The notes under the pieces are model-generated. The model saw nothing but the letters and a program-made list of their open reading frames with translations, made no database searches and was not told where the DNA came from. Source: an uncultured Veillonella sp. (lineage in GTDB: Bacteria > Bacillota > Negativicutes > Veillonellales > Veillonellaceae). Taken from it: a DNA stretch of 60,470 nt. A program made the translations under genes and the position numbers. Below are positions 1 through 8,222 of the stretch, piece by piece; within the stretch, counting starts at the first letter, position 1, and each line of letters starts with the position of its first letter. The DNA lies in the NCBI RefSeq assembly GCF_938010505.1, contig NZ_CALLVP010000065.1:1-60470 (forward strand), written 5' to 3'.

Positions 1-5
1 TTTTT

Positions 6-53
6 ACTGACCCCCAGTTTAACTGGGGGTTTAGTCATGCCTATTCGGCGTAC
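6..53. mobile_element. Probable IS200/IS605-family end (subterminal hairpins); the element would extend off the left edge
   Basis: GC-rich hairpin ACCCCCAGT-TTA-ACTGGGGGT, then a second small hairpin and ACAATA next to a terminator. Same layout as the IS200 remnant end at 18655-18725. Confidence 0.4.
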
Positions 54-56
54 AAT

Positions 57-100
57 AAAAACCAAAAGAGCTCCTTCAACGAGGAGCTCTTTTGGTTTTT
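57..100 (-). terminator. Intrinsic terminator (bidirectional)
   Basis: AAAAACCAAAAGAGCTCCT / AGGAGCTCTTTTGGTTTTT inverted repeat with flanking A/T tracts. Confidence 0.85.
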
Positions 101-236
101 GTGTAGTTACTGTGTGTAAGAGAGAGATTCTGATACAAATGTATTACATAGAGTGTGTGGCTCTACGGTGGCCATGAATGCACTTTCATGACCACGTACT
201 CTTAAAGTATTCTGCTAGAAAGGGACTAATAGAATA
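57..236 (-). ncRNA. Candidate 3'UTR-derived structured RNA with CU-rich loops
   Basis: Consecutive minus-strand hairpins (loop UCCCUUU; GUGGUCAUGAA/UUCAUGGCCAC; UAGAG/CUCUA), single-stranded UCUCUCUCU, then the terminator. Confidence 0.4.
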
Positions 237-656
237 CTATTGGTTTTGTGTAGTTTGTGGTGCACCTTGACCAGTTGGTTGTTGTGGTACATTACCATTA
301 GGTTGACCACCTGGAAGTGGTTGACCTTGTGGAGGTATTTGACCATTTGAGTCCATACGCCTCCCATTATTTGGTCTCATACCATCTTGATGCATCATTT
401 GATTTTGACCATTTTGGTGCATATGCTTACCATTGTTTGGTCCCATACCACCTTGAGGCATCATTTGATTATTTCCATCCATCATATGTTTATCCATATA
501 CTTATTAGGACCATCATGTCTATGTGGTTTTCTAAACTGTTGTTCATTCGTTTTCATCCATTCACCGAAATTAGGTAAATCGTTAACTGCAAAAGATGTA
601 ACTGCTCCAACAGCACAGATGACTGTAAGAATAGCTGTTATTATAATTCGTCTCAT
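237..656 (-). CDS. Secreted low-complexity Met/Gln/Gly/His/Asn-rich protein
   Basis: SD AAGGAGG; signal peptide MRRIIITAILTVICAVGAVTSFA; internal NQMMxQxGMxPNNG repeats. Confidence 0.85.
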   Translation of the reverse strand: MRRIIITAILTVICAVGAVTSFAVNDLPNFGEWMKTNEQQFRKPHRHDGPNKYMDKHMMDGNNQMMPQGGMGPNNGKHMHQNGQNQMMHQDGMRPNNGRRMDSNGQIPPQGQPLPGGQPNGNVPQQPTGQGAPQTTQNQ

Positions 657-665
657 AGTTCCTCC

Positions 666-1241
666 TTAATCTACATTATGGAAGTAACGTTCACGCACAC
701 CGCGAAGCTCAAGCCCTACAAAGATACATACAAGTCCTCCGAAGAGCCCTACACCGCCTAATGCTACTAGAGTCATAGTAGACATTGCAGGGAATGCAGT
801 TATATGTTCAAAAGGTTGCCATGAACTACCTAATAAATATAAGATAGCTGGCGTAATGATAAATACAAGAACTCCTACAATATATGATAAAGTACTACCA
901 ATTGATAGTAATGTTTTAGAAGCCTTCTTAGCCATTCCAGGCAATTGTGGCAATAAACGTTCTTTATAATCATCAAATCTAGCATAGATTTCTTGCATAT
1001 TAACGGATTTACTTTCACCACCATCTTGACTGGATGAATCTGTAATAATGCCTGCATCTACATAGGATGCATAGATTTCCTCTGGTGTTCCTAAGGATTT
1101 AATAATTTCACCATCGGTAAGGCCTTTTTCATAACCTACCGCAAAGTGTTCCTCATAAACCTCTATAATATTCTCTACATCGGCAACATGCGCCTTTTTA
1201 AAGATATTACGCAAAGCCTCCAAAAAGCTATTTTTGTTCAT
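666..1241 (-). CDS. HAAS/DUF1700 domain membrane protein
   Basis: MNKNSFLEAL...YEEHF..G..G......I..LGTPEEI HAAS motif; two C-terminal TM helices; SD AAAGGAG before ATG 1241; coupled to PadR. Confidence 0.85.
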   Translation of the reverse strand: MNKNSFLEALRNIFKKAHVADVENIIEVYEEHFAVGYEKGLTDGEIIKSLGTPEEIYASYVDAGIITDSSSQDGGESKSVNMQEIYARFDDYKERLLPQLPGMAKKASKTLLSIGSTLSYIVGVLVFIITPAILYLLGSSWQPFEHITAFPAMSTMTLVALGGVGLFGGLVCIFVGLELRGVRERYFHNVD

Positions 1242-1557
1242 TATAGTCAACTCCTTTCAACAGGATATTGATAACACCAGAAAACTCATCCCATTCTTGG
1301 CGCATCTTATTGTATGCTGCACGACCATCGGCCGTAATGTGATAATATTTCCGAGATGGCCCCGTAGAGGACTCCTTCAAATACGTATCAACATACTTTT
1401 CTTTCTTTAATCTATTAAATAATGGATATATCGTTCCTTCTGAAATCTCAATATATTCCGAAATTGTACTTACGATTTCATATCCATAGCGATCGTCTTG
1501 TGTTAATAATGCTAGTACTAGCATGTCCATAACACCTTTTTTCAATTGAACTTGCAT
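1228..1557 (-). CDS. PadR-family transcriptional regulator
   Basis: QLKKG..., YGYEI, EGTIYP, GPSRKYY motifs; SD GGGAGG before ATG 1557. Confidence 0.95.
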   Translation of the reverse strand: MQVQLKKGVMDMLVLALLTQDDRYGYEIVSTISEYIEISEGTIYPLFNRLKKEKYVDTYLKESSTGPSRKYYHITADGRAAYNKMRQEWDEFSGVINILLKGVDYNEQK

Positions 1558-1634
1558 AGTTCCTCCCTTTAGGCCGTGCCTATCTGCCAATGTGAAAGCT
1601 CTCTTACGGTCACTATCATGTACTAACAAATATA

Positions 1635-1672
1635 TAATATCACAAGGTACCTAGCAATGCAAGGTACCTTGT
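1635..1672 (-). promoter_or_regulatory. Sigma70-type promoter overlapped by a probable PadR operator
   Basis: Minus-strand TTGCAT-N17-TATTAT with TGn; palindrome ACAAGGTACCT-N9-AGGTACCTTGT at 1642-1672. Confidence 0.75.
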
Positions 1673-1712
1673 AAAAATAAAATCCCCATCTGAGGATGAG
1701 GATTTTATTTTT
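1673..1712 (-). terminator. htrA terminator
   Basis: AAAATAAAATCC(C)CATC / GATG(A)GGATTTTATTTT hairpin. Confidence 0.7.
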
Positions 1713-1730
1713 CTTCTGAGCATAGAGCAC

Positions 1731-2828
1731 TTATTTCGAAGATGCTTGTCCTAATTTAAGCTGTGTGCTCTTCATTTTTCCGTTATGAGTATAGGATATT
1801 AAAATTGTATCTCCAGGGCTCTTAGCATCAATTTGCTCTTTTAATTCGAGTAATGTGGTAATATCCTTACCATCAATTTGCGCAATTGTATCCCCTTCTA
1901 CTATACCTGCTTGTGCTACCGGACCATTAGGATCCAATTGTACAACAAGAAGTCCGTCCCCTTCATAACTTACATTATTACGAGCTGCTGTTTGACGATC
2001 TATCGCCCACACACCAATATAAGGACGAATAACTTTACCATTTTTAATAATAGAATCAACGATTGTCATCGCAGAATTAATTGGAATGGCAAAACCCATT
2101 CCTTCAATCCCCTCTTTAGAGATTTTGGCGCTATTGATACCAATTAACTCTCCGTCTGCATTAATGAGAGCACCACCTGAGTTACCAGGATTAATAGCTG
2201 CATCAGTTTGAATCAATGGGAATCGTTGGCCTTGTTCATCAATTGTACGTGCTAACGCACTAATAACACCAGCGGTAACGGAACCTTTAAACTCTAACCC
2301 CAAAGGATTGCCAATAGCAATTGCGGGCTCACCCACTTGTACGGAATCGGAGTCCCCAATTTTTATAGGTTTAATATCTTTTGGAGGTTTAATTTTTACA
2401 ACCGCTAAATCCGTCTGTGAATCCGAACCTATAACAGTACCCGTCACGGTACTGCCGTCAGATAATGATATCGTAACCTCTCCATTTTTAGCCCCTGCCA
2501 CAACATGTTTATTCGTTACAATATGGCCTTCATTGTCGATAAGGACACCAGATCCAACACCTTCTCCCGCATAGATAGTGCGATTAAAAATATCCTTTTG
2601 GAATACTTGTGTTGTAATCCCTACAACAGCTGGACCAGATTCTTTAACCGCTTGCACTACATAGGTATTACGCGTTTCAGTGATTGGCTTAGTCTGTTTT
2701 GATTGTTCTCTCACATTTGTTGGTTGCGTATTAACAGGGCTACCAAAGAAATAGTATCCGCCCCCTACACCAATTCCCAAAGCAAGAATACAAGCAGCCG
2801 CTGTTTTCTTATATTTTAAAAATTCCAT
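1731..2828 (-). CDS. htrA: HtrA/DegP-family serine protease with PDZ domain
   Basis: N-terminal TM; GSGV, TNKHVV, DLAVVK, GNPLG, QTDAAINPGNSGG motifs; C-terminal PDZ. Confidence 0.95.
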   Translation of the reverse strand: MEFLKYKKTAAACILALGIGVGGGYYFFGSPVNTQPTNVREQSKQTKPITETRNTYVVQAVKESGPAVVGITTQVFQKDIFNRTIYAGEGVGSGVLIDNEGHIVTNKHVVAGAKNGEVTISLSDGSTVTGTVIGSDSQTDLAVVKIKPPKDIKPIKIGDSDSVQVGEPAIAIGNPLGLEFKGSVTAGVISALARTIDEQGQRFPLIQTDAAINPGNSGGALINADGELIGINSAKISKEGIEGMGFAIPINSAMTIVDSIIKNGKVIRPYIGVWAIDRQTAARNNVSYEGDGLLVVQLDPNGPVAQAGIVEGDTIAQIDGKDITTLLELKEQIDAKSPGDTILISYTHNGKMKSTQLKLGQASSK

Positions 2829-3186
2829 GTATATCTCCTTATGTCTGTTCTTATAGTAAGTTACATATCTATTATAACGATTAACACTCTTTATAAATGT
2901 ATTATACTTGTGTATCTATTGTAAATATATACTATAATATAGTATTACTTCATATATTCTAGTATTACTACTACATAACTCACTAGATTAATCACCCTCA
3001 AAAATCAATTTTATAAAATTGATTTTGATGAACCTATTATAGTACTCTAATCTACACAATGCAAGATAACAATTTATAACGAAACCCATAATGATATAAC
3101 TACTGTAAACAATATATTTCGCTCAATAAAAACTTAGAGAATTCAGGAGAAACCACATAAATATGTTCACATCTACACAAATACAT

Positions 3187-3235
3187 AAAAACATAAAGGG
3201 CATTCGCTAGCCGTCGCTAGCAAATGCCCTTTATG
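3187..3235 (-). terminator. Intrinsic terminator
   Basis: CAUAAAGGGCAUUUGCUAGC-GACG-GCUAGCGAAUGCCCUUUAUG followed by UUUUU. Confidence 0.85.
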
Positions 3236-3362
3236 CATATAGTTTGAGAGTGTAAGGACTGTTGAGAGAGAGAGTATATGTGATCTAGATAAGCTTAAGA
3301 GAGAACTTATTAAGAGAGAGAAGTTTAAATATTACTTATCTAGAGTCATAGTCAGCCTTACT
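3187..3362 (-). ncRNA. Candidate ~175-nt sRNA with four UCUCUC motifs
   Basis: -10 TATACT at 3369-3374; nested stems GUAAGG/CCUUAC and UCUAGAUAAG/CUUAUCUAGA; CU repeats in unpaired regions; strong terminator; no listed ORF. Confidence 0.65.
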
Positions 3363-3516
3363 TAAATAAGTATACATGGAATATCTAAACTATCAAAGTA
3401 ACTATATAAACAATTCTTAAATCTTTGATTATATTTCTATAATAAATCTCTACAAACTCATATCCTATCAACAGTCACGAACAACGTGAGTCTAATGTGA
3501 ATATACATTTCAGTTA

Positions 3517-4206
3517 TTAAACAAATTTATAACCTACACCCCATACTGTAATAATATGTTTACTATCGGATGGATTATCTTCAATTTCTTCACGTAAACG
3601 ATTGATATGTACCGCTACAGTAGCATAGTCACCATAGGAATCGAGACCCCATACACGAGAGTATAATTCTTCCTTACTAAATACGATGTCACGGTTACGC
3701 ATCAAGAATTCTAATAATTGGAATTCTTTCTTTTTGAGATGAACTTCTTTTTCATTCACCCATACTTTCATCATCTTAGGATCAAGGCGAATTTCATCGG
3801 ACTGAATAGCATTAGTTTCCATTGCATCGCGCTCTGTCAAACGTTTATATTGCGCCAACATAGCTTTGATTTTTGCAATTAAAACAGATGGAGAAAATGG
3901 TTTTTCAATATAATCATCAGCGCCTACGCCTAAGCCACGGATTTTATCGATATCATCAAGACGAGCGGTTACCATAACGATTGGTACACGAACTTTGTCG
4001 CGAATTTGACGACAAACTTCAAAGCCATCCATTTCTGGCAGCATAACATCAAGAATAATAAGGTCCACAGGAGTATTCAATGCAGCCTCGATACCATCTG
4101 TACCATTAGTCATAATAGTTACATCATAGCCTGCCACCATTAAATAATCACGCTCAATATTGGCAATATCCAAATCGTCTTCAATAATTAAGATATGTTC
4201 ACTCAT
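3517..4206 (-). CDS. OmpR/PhoB-family response regulator
   Basis: Receiver IIEDD...LDVMLP...GADDYIEKPF; wHTH ending HIITVWGVGYKF. Confidence 0.95.
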   Translation of the reverse strand: MSEHILIIEDDLDIANIERDYLMVAGYDVTIMTNGTDGIEAALNTPVDLIILDVMLPEMDGFEVCRQIRDKVRVPIVMVTARLDDIDKIRGLGVGADDYIEKPFSPSVLIAKIKAMLAQYKRLTERDAMETNAIQSDEIRLDPKMMKVWVNEKEVHLKKKEFQLLEFLMRNRDIVFSKEELYSRVWGLDSYGDYATVAVHINRLREEIEDNPSDSKHIITVWGVGYKFV

Positions 4207-5543
4207 GATTCTTCTCCTTGTTTAGGAAACTCTAATATAATGCGTAGACCATGTGGCCTTACATTTTCAATTACAACTCGGCCTTCAAAGATTTCCATAA
4301 TTCGACGAATAATCGACAATCCTAGACCACTTCCTTCTTGTGGGTTCGTACGAGACGAATCCACACGATAGAATGGGCGCATCAGACGCTCTAGAGATTC
4401 TGGTGGTACCCCTGGGCCATCATCACTGATGACACAGTATACAAAATCATCATCACTTGTTACATCGATAACGCAATGACCAATATCGGCCATTTTATAC
4501 TTAGCACTATTATTCAACACATTTTGTAAAACACGTTGTAATAATTGTGGGTTAGCATTGATAAAAGGTGTTTCTGTAGCTATTCGGGCCTTAATCTCAA
4601 GCCCCTTCGATTGATACGGAGCTAAATGATCTTCTACAAAATCACGTACATACTGGCCTAATTCAATTCGCTCAGATGGACGAGATTCTTTTTTGTAGTT
4701 CAACGTTGTTATGAGGAATAGCTCCTCCAACATAGAATCTAAATCATTAGCGCGCTTCAAAATGATACCCATGTATCGTTTTTGTTGCTCTTCCGTTGGT
4801 GCAATACCATCGCGAACACCTTCAGCATAAGCTTTTATAGCCGTTAATGGCGTTCGAATATCATGGGATATACCAGCAAGTAGCTCTTTTTGTTGTTCTT
4901 GTTCCATTTCAATCTGACGATTTGCCATTTCTAACGATTTTGTCATATTTTTAACGTGAATCATGATAAAGCGTGTAACAAATCGATTGATAGCAAAGAA
5001 TGTAACAATAAAGAGCAATATGGAAACTACAATAATATAGAAAGATACGGATTCCATTAAGCTATCACTACCATGAGTAGCGCGCTTAATCGCAATATGG
5101 TATACGTAGGCGTGACGCCCATCATATTTCCGCATTTCATAAACAAAAGTATTGTTGGATTGATACACGATACCCTGTAATTCAGGGTTAACATCGATAA
5201 GACCAACAATGGCAGAAGCACTATAGATTTGTGGGTTGCCATAGTTATACACCATGTTCCCTTGATCAAGTACCTCTACATATACCTCCTTTGGATCGAG
5301 AAGACTATAGCTAGGTTTAACCAAACTATTAATCAAATCATTTTCTAACCCATAAAAGGTAATGGTTTCAGTTATTCGACTGACGCTTTTAAACTGCTGT
5401 TCCTGCTCAATACGCAAATAGTAACCGGCATTAGCCAATATGCGCAAACCTGTAAAGTATAGCAAAAACAAGATAATTGCTATTAAAATAGGTACAACAA
5501 ACAGCACAACATTGGATATCCAAATTCGTATTTGTAAATTCAC
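4203..5543 (-). CDS. Sensor histidine kinase
   Basis: Two TMs; H-box SHDIRTPL; N-box; DDGPG; GSGLGL; ATGA overlap with the regulator; GTG start. Confidence 0.95.
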   Translation of the reverse strand: MNLQIRIWISNVVLFVVPILIAIILFLLYFTGLRILANAGYYLRIEQEQQFKSVSRITETITFYGLENDLINSLVKPSYSLLDPKEVYVEVLDQGNMVYNYGNPQIYSASAIVGLIDVNPELQGIVYQSNNTFVYEMRKYDGRHAYVYHIAIKRATHGSDSLMESVSFYIIVVSILLFIVTFFAINRFVTRFIMIHVKNMTKSLEMANRQIEMEQEQQKELLAGISHDIRTPLTAIKAYAEGVRDGIAPTEEQQKRYMGIILKRANDLDSMLEELFLITTLNYKKESRPSERIELGQYVRDFVEDHLAPYQSKGLEIKARIATETPFINANPQLLQRVLQNVLNNSAKYKMADIGHCVIDVTSDDDFVYCVISDDGPGVPPESLERLMRPFYRVDSSRTNPQEGSGLGLSIIRRIMEIFEGRVVIENVRPHGLRIILEFPKQGEES

Positions 5544-5582
5544 AGGATTACCTCAATATCATTAATAGTAGATACTTCTTAT

Positions 5583-5612
5583 AGTTTACGCTATTTTTAA
5601 TACTTAACGCAA
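5583..5612 (-). promoter_or_regulatory. Putative promoter of the two-component operon
   Basis: Minus-strand TTGCGT-N18-TAAACT about 40 nt upstream of the kinase start. Confidence 0.45.
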
Positions 5613-5628
5613 GTATAATACTCAAAAA

Positions 5629-5670
5629 TTCAATATATTATTCACATTTTCTTCATACACAGTTTATAAT
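5629..5670 (+). promoter_or_regulatory. Putative divergent promoter with 11-bp-phased direct repeats
   Basis: TTCACA-N5-TTCATA-N5-TTTATA overlapping TTCACA-N18-TATAAT. Confidence 0.5.
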
Positions 5671-5675
5671 TGGTA

Positions 5676-5984
5676 GATTATACAAGGGTTCCTCCTCCCT
5701 TTTAATATCTAATATTTCCCATAATAATAATATTTTCACACGCATCCAGGTATCTTATAACGATATGAAACTTGGTCATATCTAACGTTTCATAGATACT
5801 TAGTCTCCTCGCTTAATCAGACTCTCTCTATACTATTTATAAAATAATTTAAAATATAATATATAAAATAACTACTAAATCTCTTCATTTAATACAACGA
5901 AGCACATGCTAGATTATACTATTTCTCCATGAGAATAGTTTAAATTTAGACATAAAAAAAGAGGATTCCTAAGAATCCTCTTTT
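5676..5984 (+). ncRNA. Candidate sRNA with anti-Shine-Dalgarno loops (3' end uncertain)
   Basis: Hairpin loops UUCCUCCU (AAGGG/CCCUU stem), UCCCAU and CCUCGC, followed by CUCUCU; upstream promoter; bidirectional terminator at 5954-5984. Confidence 0.45.
5954..5984. terminator. Bidirectional intrinsic terminator
   Basis: A7-GAGGATTC-CTAA-GAATCCTC-T4. Confidence 0.85.
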
Positions 5985-5994
5985 AGAGTTTAAA

Positions 5995-7347
5995 TTAACG
6001 ACGATTAGCATCGAAGAAGTTAATAGCAACTTCTGGGAACATAGCGTAAGTCAATACGTCTTCGTCAGTGATACCATTGTAGCCTTTAGAAGCTAAATCT
6101 TGACGGTAACCTTCCAATTCAGGTTCGATAAGATCTGCTGGACGGCAAGTGATAGGTTGTTCGTCACCAATAACAGTTTGACGAATTTCGTCAGAAATAG
6201 TACCAGGCAACGCACCATATTTACCGCGTACAAGGTCTTTAACTTCGTTAGGAACCATTTTGTAACGGTCGCCCATCATAACGTTCATCATAGCCATTGT
6301 ACCAACGATTTGGGATGTTGGAGTTACCAATGGAGGGAAACCTAAGTCTTCACGAACGCGTGGCATTTCATCCATAACGTCGAAGAAACGATCGCCCATA
6401 CCCATTTCGTTCAATTGGTTTTGAGTATTAGACAACATACCGCCAGGAATTTGGTAACGACGAACAGCTGGGATTACATCACTAGCTGGTTTCAAGTTAA
6501 ATTCTTCAGCGATTTGTTGTTTAACTTTACGGAAGTGATCAACTAATGGAATGAATTTATCAAGGTCAAGACCAAGATCATATTCAGTACCTTTGAACAT
6601 TTCAATCATAGTTTCAGTAGCTGGTTGGCTAGTTGCATGAGCGAATGGGGAGATAGCAGTATCGATGATATCTACGCCAGCTTTAGCAGCTTCCCAGTAT
6701 GCAGTGCTTGCAAGACCGCAAGTGAAATGGCTATGTAAATCGATTGGCAATTCGCCGAAACGTTTTTTGAAAGTAGAAACCAAATCATACGCATCAGCAG
6801 GGCCTAACAAACCAGACATATCTTTGATACAAAGGGAATCAGTACCCATTTCAACCAAAGTTTCAGCTACTTTCAAGAAGCTTTCAGTTGTGTGAACTGG
6901 AGAAATTGTATATACCATAGCGGATTGAACGTGCGCACCAGCTTTTTTAGAGTACTTAATAGCAGCTTCCATGTTGCGTGGGTCATTCAATGCGTCGAAA
7001 ATACGGATACGGTCGATACCATTTTTAACAGCTGCACCACAGAATGCTTCTACTACATCATCAGAGTAGTGTTTATAGCCCAATAAGTTTTGGCCACGAA
7101 GTAACATTTGTAATGGAGTGTTTTTCAAGTTGGATTTCAATTTGCGAAGGCGTTCCCATGGATCTTCATTCAAGAAACGAAGACAGCTATCATAAGTAGC
7201 ACCGCCCCAACACTCAAGAGCTTCGTAACCGATATCGTCTAAAAGACCAAGTACTGGTTCCATTTGCTCATAACGCATGCGTGTTGCCAAAACAGATTGA
7301 TGACCGTCACGAAGAACGGTTTCGCAAATTCTTAATTTTTTAGCCAT
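5995..7347 (-). CDS. Pyruvate/oxaloacetate carboxyltransferase (OadA/PycB/transcarboxylase 5S-like), no biotinyl domain
   Basis: ETVLRDGHQS, ECWGGATYD, IKDMSG, HSH, QIPGGM, PPLVTPTSQIVG; ends at YAMFPEVA with no EAMKM domain. Confidence 0.9.
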   Translation of the reverse strand: MAKKLRICETVLRDGHQSVLATRMRYEQMEPVLGLLDDIGYEALECWGGATYDSCLRFLNEDPWERLRKLKSNLKNTPLQMLLRGQNLLGYKHYSDDVVEAFCGAAVKNGIDRIRIFDALNDPRNMEAAIKYSKKAGAHVQSAMVYTISPVHTTESFLKVAETLVEMGTDSLCIKDMSGLLGPADAYDLVSTFKKRFGELPIDLHSHFTCGLASTAYWEAAKAGVDIIDTAISPFAHATSQPATETMIEMFKGTEYDLGLDLDKFIPLVDHFRKVKQQIAEEFNLKPASDVIPAVRRYQIPGGMLSNTQNQLNEMGMGDRFFDVMDEMPRVREDLGFPPLVTPTSQIVGTMAMMNVMMGDRYKMVPNEVKDLVRGKYGALPGTISDEIRQTVIGDEQPITCRPADLIEPELEGYRQDLASKGYNGITDEDVLTYAMFPEVAINFFDANRR

Positions 7348-7824
7348 GTTAATCCTCCAAATCGAAATAGTCTGTGTATGTAACTTTATACACCCATCAA
7401 ATAACTATCTCATACCTATTTTTTTTACGATTTTTTTGATGTCTGCTCACACAAGCTAAACACACTGCAAATCGTTAAGACATACTTATATTAGACTACT
7501 TATAGAATTCTTTGTCAACAACTACATTATGCCATTTACTCATAAATTCATGTGTAAAATGATGATTTTTTCGTGATGAAAATCACAAAAAACTGCTAAA
7601 AAGCTAGATTTTAACGTGTATTTTTAATCAAATCATATTCTTTGTAATTTTTCTTTTTAATAAGAAATCAAGGATTATATAGCAATAATTTTTTACTATT
7701 ATCAAAATAATCATCAAACTATATCGGTATTTATAAATGTAGTAATTCGATAAACATCGGTACGCTTATAAGCTCATCAATTTTATTAATAACATAGGTG
7801 ATATGTTTAAATGTATAAACATGC

Positions 7825-7855
7825 AAAAGAACCTGTCCATTTATGGACAGGTTCT
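7825..7855 (-). terminator. Intrinsic terminator
   Basis: AGAACCTGTCCA / TGGACAGGTTCT with A-tract. Confidence 0.75.
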
Positions 7856-7895
7856 GATGTGATCTTTAAAATTCAAGAATCTCCGGATATACAGC

Positions 7896-8222
7896 TTATT
7901 TCTCAGGCTTAACCTTTTTAGGCGCAGTTTCAAGGACAATATTTTTACCATCCCGTTTTACTTGAATGGAAAAGGCCCCTTCCCCTTCTTTAAAATACTC
8001 CATCTTGATATCGAGGAGCATTTTACCAATCATAGTCTCTACCTTTTCCGTTAAGAACTCACGGTAAAATGCATCTTCCTTTTGCTTTGGACTTTGATGA
8101 ACAACCGGTTTCTTAGCAGCCCGTTCCATATCGAGCATAGTATCTTCAAAATTATCTGTATCTTTAAAATTTTTCATCATATCCGCATCGGATAAACCTT
8201 TTTGAATTTTAAACTTTGCCAT
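7896..8222 (-). CDS. Hypothetical protein
   Basis: SD AGGAGA; overlaps the end of the GT9 gene; followed by a terminator. Confidence 0.75.
   Translation of the reverse strand: MAKFKIQKGLSDADMMKNFKDTDNFEDTMLDMERAAKKPVVHQSPKQKEDAFYREFLTEKVETMIGKMLLDIKMEYFKEGEGAFSIQVKRDGKNIVLETAPKKVKPEK

Noticed and set aside
5654..5800. Minus-strand micro-ORFs as a type I toxin
   Set aside because: SD-linked ORFs are only 3 and 10 codons; the 25-codon ORF lacks an SD and a hydrophobic helix
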